A DNA stretch of 64,000 nucleotides, taken from the IMG/VR virus record IMGVR_UViG_2902146782_000003, one strand, 5' to 3'. A program made the position numbers and the translations under genes. The stretch's first letter is position 1; every line of letters begins with the position of its first letter. Shown here piece by piece: positions 59,709 to 64,000 of the stretch. The notes beneath the pieces are model-generated. The model ran no database searches, had not been told where the DNA came from, and was given only the letters and a program-made list of their open reading frames with translations. Origin of the DNA: a virus. Taxonomy: Duplodnaviria; Heunggongvirae; Uroviricota; Caudoviricetes.

Positions 59709-59768
59709 TGAGGTAATTAATTACAGCAAATAGAATTTTGAAATTAAATTAAAAGGAGAATGTAGATT

Positions 59769-60965
59769 ATGAATTGGAATTATGGTAATACCCCAGAATT
59801 ATATAAGGAAGTAGAAATTCTTTTAAAAAATGGAACTACCAAAAAAGACATGATGATCAAAGGTAAATATGACAATTATGAATGGCGTAATTATACAGAT
59901 AGCGCTGTACTTGGTTGGAGAGAAATTACAGAAAATAAAACAAATACAAAGGAGAATAAAACTATGAAAAAATCAAGAGAGAACAGAATGGAAGCATTAA
60001 AGGCAGCAAACATTGAAACAGGAAAATACTTCAGCGTAACATTACCGGAAGGTTTAAAACCTGGCAGTACAATTAATGTAACAATCAGCGAAGATGGAAG
60101 TCCTGTCATTGTAAATCCGGAGAAGAAAAGAATTAATTCAGAAGAGGAGTCTTTCTTATCTCAGATTTATGAAGATGGATATGTAAGAAATACTCGTCTT
60201 CATAGAAGATGGGTTATGGCACAAATGTTTAGAATGCTGAATTACAAGAGTTATTATACAGGTAAATCTGGATATGACGCATATTTAAACGATCACTATG
60301 GATATCAGTATCAGTTTGAAATGATGTTAGAAGAAATTCGAGTATTAGCTGAACTACAGGATAGGGATCCAGAAGCTTTTGCTGAAAGGTCAAGATTCTT
60401 TATTCCGGATGTTGTTTCTGCTACATGTAATGATTATATAAATAAACTTGAGATTTATGTTAATAAACTTCCGATGCATAAATGTAAAGGTGTTCCTTAT
60501 AAGAAGGTTTTTGGTAGAAATATATTTGTTGAAGATCTTAACAAATATGTATATTATCCACAGAAAAGCAACTTTGCAGATGTAAAACGAGTAGTTATTA
60601 ACATCAGAAATCACTCAATGACATTTTCATATAAAGATTTATATAGAGTATTAAGAAAGTTCTGTGCCAATATGTATAGACTGCCTAATGAAACTCCTAA
60701 ATGTAGAGAATGGAAAGATGCATTCAAGGGAGAAGGTTCTTATTATACACTTATGAATTTAATTAAGTTTCATGGATGCAGAGTTCCTGGTGTTAAAGGC
60801 AATATGATGTCTTTGAATGATTCTCTTGCAGATGTAGAAAGTGCAGTAGAGCAGTATAGAGGTTTGTACTATAAATTATTCGCTTATATGAAACGCGTTA
60901 TTGAAGCAAATAATTTTGATTTCAATAAGAGGATGAAAGAGCTGTATCCTAAAAAATCTGTATAA
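59769..60965 (+). CDS. Large hypothetical protein (candidate RT-system accessory)
   Basis: 398 aa with conserved-looking blocks DGYVRNTRLHRRWVMAQMFRML and AFKGEGSYYTLMNLIKFHGC. Confidence 0.7.
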   Translation: MNWNYGNTPELYKEVEILLKNGTTKKDMMIKGKYDNYEWRNYTDSAVLGWREITENKTNTKENKTMKKSRENRMEALKAANIETGKYFSVTLPEGLKPGSTINVTISEDGSPVIVNPEKKRINSEEESFLSQIYEDGYVRNTRLHRRWVMAQMFRMLNYKSYYTGKSGYDAYLNDHYGYQYQFEMMLEEIRVLAELQDRDPEAFAERSRFFIPDVVSATCNDYINKLEIYVNKLPMHKCKGVPYKKVFGRNIFVEDLNKYVYYPQKSNFADVKRVVINIRNHSMTFSYKDLYRVLRKFCANMYRLPNETPKCREWKDAFKGEGSYYTLMNLIKFHGCRVPGVKGNMMSLNDSLADVESAVEQYRGLYYKLFAYMKRVIEANNFDFNKRMKELYPKKSV

Positions 60966-60967
60966 AT

Positions 60968-61046
60968 CGAAAATATGTTCGATTAAATATTGACCTCAGC
61001 TCTCAGTATGGTATAACAATAATATCAAAAACAGAACGAACGTTCG
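60968..61046 (+). promoter_or_regulatory. Sigma-A promoter flanked by two LexA (Cheo) boxes
   Basis: CGAAA-ATAT-GTTCG 60968-60981; TTGACC-16-TATAAC with TG; GAAC-GAAC-GTTC 61034-61045. Confidence 0.7.
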
Positions 61047-61070
61047 CATATACTGGGAGGCTAGGATAAC

Positions 61071-61903
61071 ATGAAGAAGATAAGCGTAATTATTATACAT
61101 AGCAATAAAAGGGCAGAGGTGATTGAGTGTTTAAATATTAGTGATGCAATAGAATATATGAAACAGCGATACGTAGATGAAATTCGAAAAGCACCGTTTT
61201 ATGATTATGAGCATTCATTTATATCCAGAAGTTTTAGTATGCTCAAGTATCTGCTGGTGTATTCGGAATAAAAATGTGGATCTGCTGTAATAGCAGATAT
61301 TATAAGCGAAAGGCAGGTAAGTGGAATGGAAAACGTAAAAGATACAAAAGAAGCAAAAACAAGAGTAGTTTGATTAATCAAATAATTGATAGAGCAGCGG
61401 AGCTGGGAATTATGTATAGTTCCCGGCTCAGTCATTCTATGGATATTAATTATGCAGTGCAGGTATTTGATATTGATTTAAAGGCTTGGTTAGATTCTAC
61501 TAATAATGATTTTATTCATGATTATGTTGGAATCTATAAAAATATTGATCGTGATGCAATTTCTTCAAAACATTTTGCCAGTAAAAATGATTTTGGAACA
61601 TTTGTTCCACGATTTGCAAGAAACGAAAATAATTTAATCAAAGATTGTTATGAATCATATAAAAATTTATTGAAATTAGAAAAGAAAATTCATGAGTCGG
61701 CAATTTTATTTCAGACAGTGGCTCTTATTCTTGCAGAAATGCGGTGTCAATATAAAGACGGAATTAAGGTAAAACGCCAGGGAGATGATGCTGATGATGA
61801 AATTTTATGTCCGGAATGTGGTTATTCATTAGCTAGAAATGATGAGAAAGAAGAGTTACGGCCTAAACATTGTCCGGAATGTGGAACAAAGTTGATTTAT
61901 TGA
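61071..61903 (+). CDS. Hypothetical protein with C-terminal Zn ribbon, probably one gene split near 61235
   Basis: Track ORFs 61071-61271 and 61274-61903; the frame YAQVSAGVFGIK runs into MWICC; CPEC..CPEC at the C-terminus. Confidence 0.5.
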
Positions 61904-61927
61904 CGGAGAATATGGGAGTAGAAAATT

Positions 61928-62104
61928 ATGACAAATAAACAGTATGAAAATGGAGAGCATTTGAATATACATAATGCTACAAAAGAACAGTTAAAGCTTA
62001 TGGTGAAGGACAGAGATGAGACGATAAAGAGGTTACAAAAAGAATTGAATGAAAAACAGGCAGCGTTAAATGAAGCGATAGAAATGCTAAAGAATTGTAT
62101 TTGA
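61928..62104 (+). CDS. 58-aa coiled-coil protein
   Basis: GGGAG RBS; heptad-rich. Confidence 0.5.
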   Translation: MTNKQYENGEHLNIHNATKEQLKLMVKDRDETIKRLQKELNEKQAALNEAIEMLKNCI

Positions 62105-62139
62105 AACAAAAGTTTCAGGTTGAAAATGGAGGAAATATA

Positions 62140-62337
62140 ATGAAGCGTGATTTAGTAGATGAATTATATAAAACGGCGTATAAACGATATAGAGAAAAAT
62201 ATCCAAACAAAGATTTTGCATCTATTCCAAATTTTTTAGATTCACTTTGGTTTAGTATTGAAGGTGAACTTAATAGAAATGGATATAATGCTGCAAAGAA
62301 ATATGTCGAAGAAGCAGAGTTAATTATATTAAAGTAA
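62140..62337 (+). CDS. Hypothetical protein
   Basis: MKRDLVDE after GGAGG. Confidence 0.55.
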   Translation: MKRDLVDELYKTAYKRYREKYPNKDFASIPNFLDSLWFSIEGELNRNGYNAAKKYVEEAELIILK

Positions 62338-62378
62338 ATGAAACGATGATTTACTGACAGAAAGTGAGGAAAAATATT

Positions 62379-62588
62379 ATGAAGACGAATACATTAATGC
62401 CTGTTATTAAAGCAATATTAAATGATGAAGAATTTTTATGTGGTGGAATTTTTACTAAAGAAAAACAATATGCGAAAAAATATGATTTGACAATGGAAGA
62501 AATAGGAAATATTCAGACCTGTTTATATTATGCATTACATATCAAAGATGAATGTTATAACGAGAGAATTAATCATCTGTGTGATTGA
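62379..62588 (+). CDS. Hypothetical protein
   Basis: MKTNTL after GAGG. Confidence 0.5.
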   Translation: MKTNTLMPVIKAILNDEEFLCGGIFTKEKQYAKKYDLTMEEIGNIQTCLYYALHIKDECYNERINHLCD

Positions 62589-62602
62589 GAGGTGGAAATT
62601 AA

Positions 62603-62821
62603 ATGAAAATATATGTATTAGAAGAATACAACACAGGGCGCGTTGCTTGCATATCAGAAGATATTAACATGATAAGAAAGAAAATGTGTGACAAAACTTA
62701 TTTTGATCCACAATATAATGATTACCCAATTTTAACAATCTGGGAAAATGGAGATAGCATTGAGAAAATAGAAGGCGGTAATGTATTGAAGAAAATTGCA
62801 GAAGAAATTAACAAATTATAA
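62603..62821 (+). CDS. Hypothetical protein
   Basis: 72 aa, GAGGTG RBS. Confidence 0.55.
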   Translation: MKIYVLEEYNTGRVACISEDINMIRKKMCDKTYFDPQYNDYPILTIWENGDSIEKIEGGNVLKKIAEEINKL

Positions 62822-62846
62822 TATAAAAGAAGAATTGGAGGAAATT

Positions 62847-63008
62847 ATGAGAAGTATTTCAAGTGCGATAATCAGTTTTGTAATTTTTTATATAGGGCTT
62901 TGTTTACCAAAAGATGAAAGAAAACAGCGTATGACTAGAGGATGTCTATTCTGCTTATCATTTATAATGCTGATAATAGCATTCACATTGATGATTTTAG
63001 GACTTTGA
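62847..63008 (+). CDS. Small two-TM membrane protein
   Basis: AIISFVIFYIGLCL and LFCLSFIMLIIAFTLMILGL; GGAGG RBS. Confidence 0.55.
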   Translation: MRSISSAIISFVIFYIGLCLPKDERKQRMTRGCLFCLSFIMLIIAFTLMILGL

Positions 63009-63044
63009 TGAAATGATGATTTCAGATTGAGAAAGGTGAAATAT

Positions 63045-63491
63045 ATGGAATTTTATCCAACAAATGAATATAGAGAAGTTACTTTACAAGTAGGTCTTAA
63101 TTCTGTCCAATTAGGAAATACAGATAAATTATTTTCTGATGGATTAGAAGAAGATGAATATATTTATTTTGATGATAGTAAAGGATTTTGTTACGAAGAT
63201 GGATGTGTTATTGGTGGAACTTATGATCAGACATTAAAAGTATTATATTCACAATGGGGATTTGATCATAAGTTTTATGTAAAAAGAACAGAGGCGAAAA
63301 AAATTAAATTGGAACTCACACAAGAAGAAATAAGTATTTTATCAAATGGATTGATTTGCTTAATTGATAATGCTTACAAAGCAGAAAAATTAACATGTGA
63401 AACATCTATAATTAAAGCATTGGATGAATCAGTGAAAATATATCAGAAACTTAATCAGAAAATTTGTAATTCAGTATCAAAAATGGAGTGA
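63045..63491 (+). CDS. Hypothetical protein
   Basis: MEFYPT after AAGGTG. Confidence 0.55.
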   Translation: MEFYPTNEYREVTLQVGLNSVQLGNTDKLFSDGLEEDEYIYFDDSKGFCYEDGCVIGGTYDQTLKVLYSQWGFDHKFYVKRTEAKKIKLELTQEEISILSNGLICLIDNAYKAEKLTCETSIIKALDESVKIYQKLNQKICNSVSKME

Positions 63492-63495
63492 TAAT

Positions 63496-63696
63496 ATGAC
63501 ACATTGTTGGTTATGCGGAGCAAGTGAAATTAAGTCACCTAATTCAAAATATACTTATTATGGCAAGATATTAGGGAAAAGAGTACAGAAAACAATTCGA
63601 GTTTGTAATTGCTGCAGTGCTATGAGGGCTGATGAAGATATAAGAGAAGAAGTTGCGGAAATATTCGGATGGGATTATAACGAGGAGGATGATTAG
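63496..63696 (+). CDS. Small Zn-finger protein
   Basis: CWLC..CNCC. Confidence 0.55.
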   Translation: MTHCWLCGASEIKSPNSKYTYYGKILGKRVQKTIRVCNCCSAMRADEDIREEVAEIFGWDYNEEDD

Positions 63697-63771
63697 ATGT
63701 GGAAACTGGATGTTTTGGAGTATATATAATGGAATTGAAAGACTGAATTTATTAAAATGGAGGTATGATAT

Positions 63772-63993
63772 ATGGGACACGTTAATATTTTTAAAACAAA
63801 ATCAAAAGAAGAATTAGTAAAATTGTATGGTGAATTTCTTAAAGTAGAAGAAACTGGATTTTTTGATCCTGAGACAGATTTGGGTGGAATCAGAGAAATT
63901 TACAGCTGTGATTTTGGAGCAAATACGACATGGATGTTGCAAATAGAATTAACTCATGCAATTTCTGATTTGTGGTACGAAGAAAATAAATAA
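63772..63993 (+). CDS. Hypothetical protein
   Basis: 73 aa, GGAGG RBS. Confidence 0.55.
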   Translation: MGHVNIFKTKSKEELVKLYGEFLKVEETGFFDPETDLGGIREIYSCDFGANTTWMLQIELTHAISDLWYEENK

Positions 63994-64000
63994 ATTTCGA

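Noticed and set aside
1-64000. Integrase, att site, transposase or IS element
   Set aside because: No recombinase or transposase motifs or terminal inverted repeats were recognised; a temperate lifestyle is inferred only from LexA boxes, antirepressors and SPbeta-like synteny

Overview
The whole window looks like part of a large, AT-rich, SPbeta-like (probably temperate) Firmicutes phage or prophage; no host-like housekeeping block is visible. The left arm (1-34750, minus strand) holds tail and head morphogenesis genes (tape-measure-like, tail tube, major capsid, protease/scaffold, portal, terminase), a RusA resolvase, a metallophosphoesterase, ClpP, a beta-CASP nuclease, 11 tRNAs, several tRNA-like or large structured RNA candidates, HU, a YonO-like single-subunit RNA polymerase, an amidoligase, a BRO antirepressor and a Thg1-like tRNA-His guanylyltransferase. 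After a divergent junction (about 34750-35800), the right arm (plus strand) is a dense early/accessory region with RadC/JAB, ParB-like, replication-initiator-like, DUF2786, DUF932, ArdA-like and antirepressor genes. The best candidate for a new system is a stand-alone reverse transcriptase (52307-53602, YSDD; not intron-, DGR- or CRISPR-like) and, 4.2 kb downstream on the same strand, a 1-kb non-coding array (57808-58787) of six 140-190 nt units. Each unit has a covarying closing stem with a conserved 4x4 internal loop, a conserved ATATGAAAC..ATTAWAGAAAT motif and a different GC-rich hairpin, i.e. a retron-like multi-ncRNA array. Other points of note: the tRNA-His lacks G-1 and co-occurs with Thg1, there is a ~870 nt GOLLD/ROOL-like ncRNA candidate, a 3.2 kb GATC-free leading region, and LexA boxes at two early promoters. 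About eight single-base frameshifts, mostly in homopolymers, are probably sequencing errors. All family calls come from reading motifs by eye; no database searches were run.
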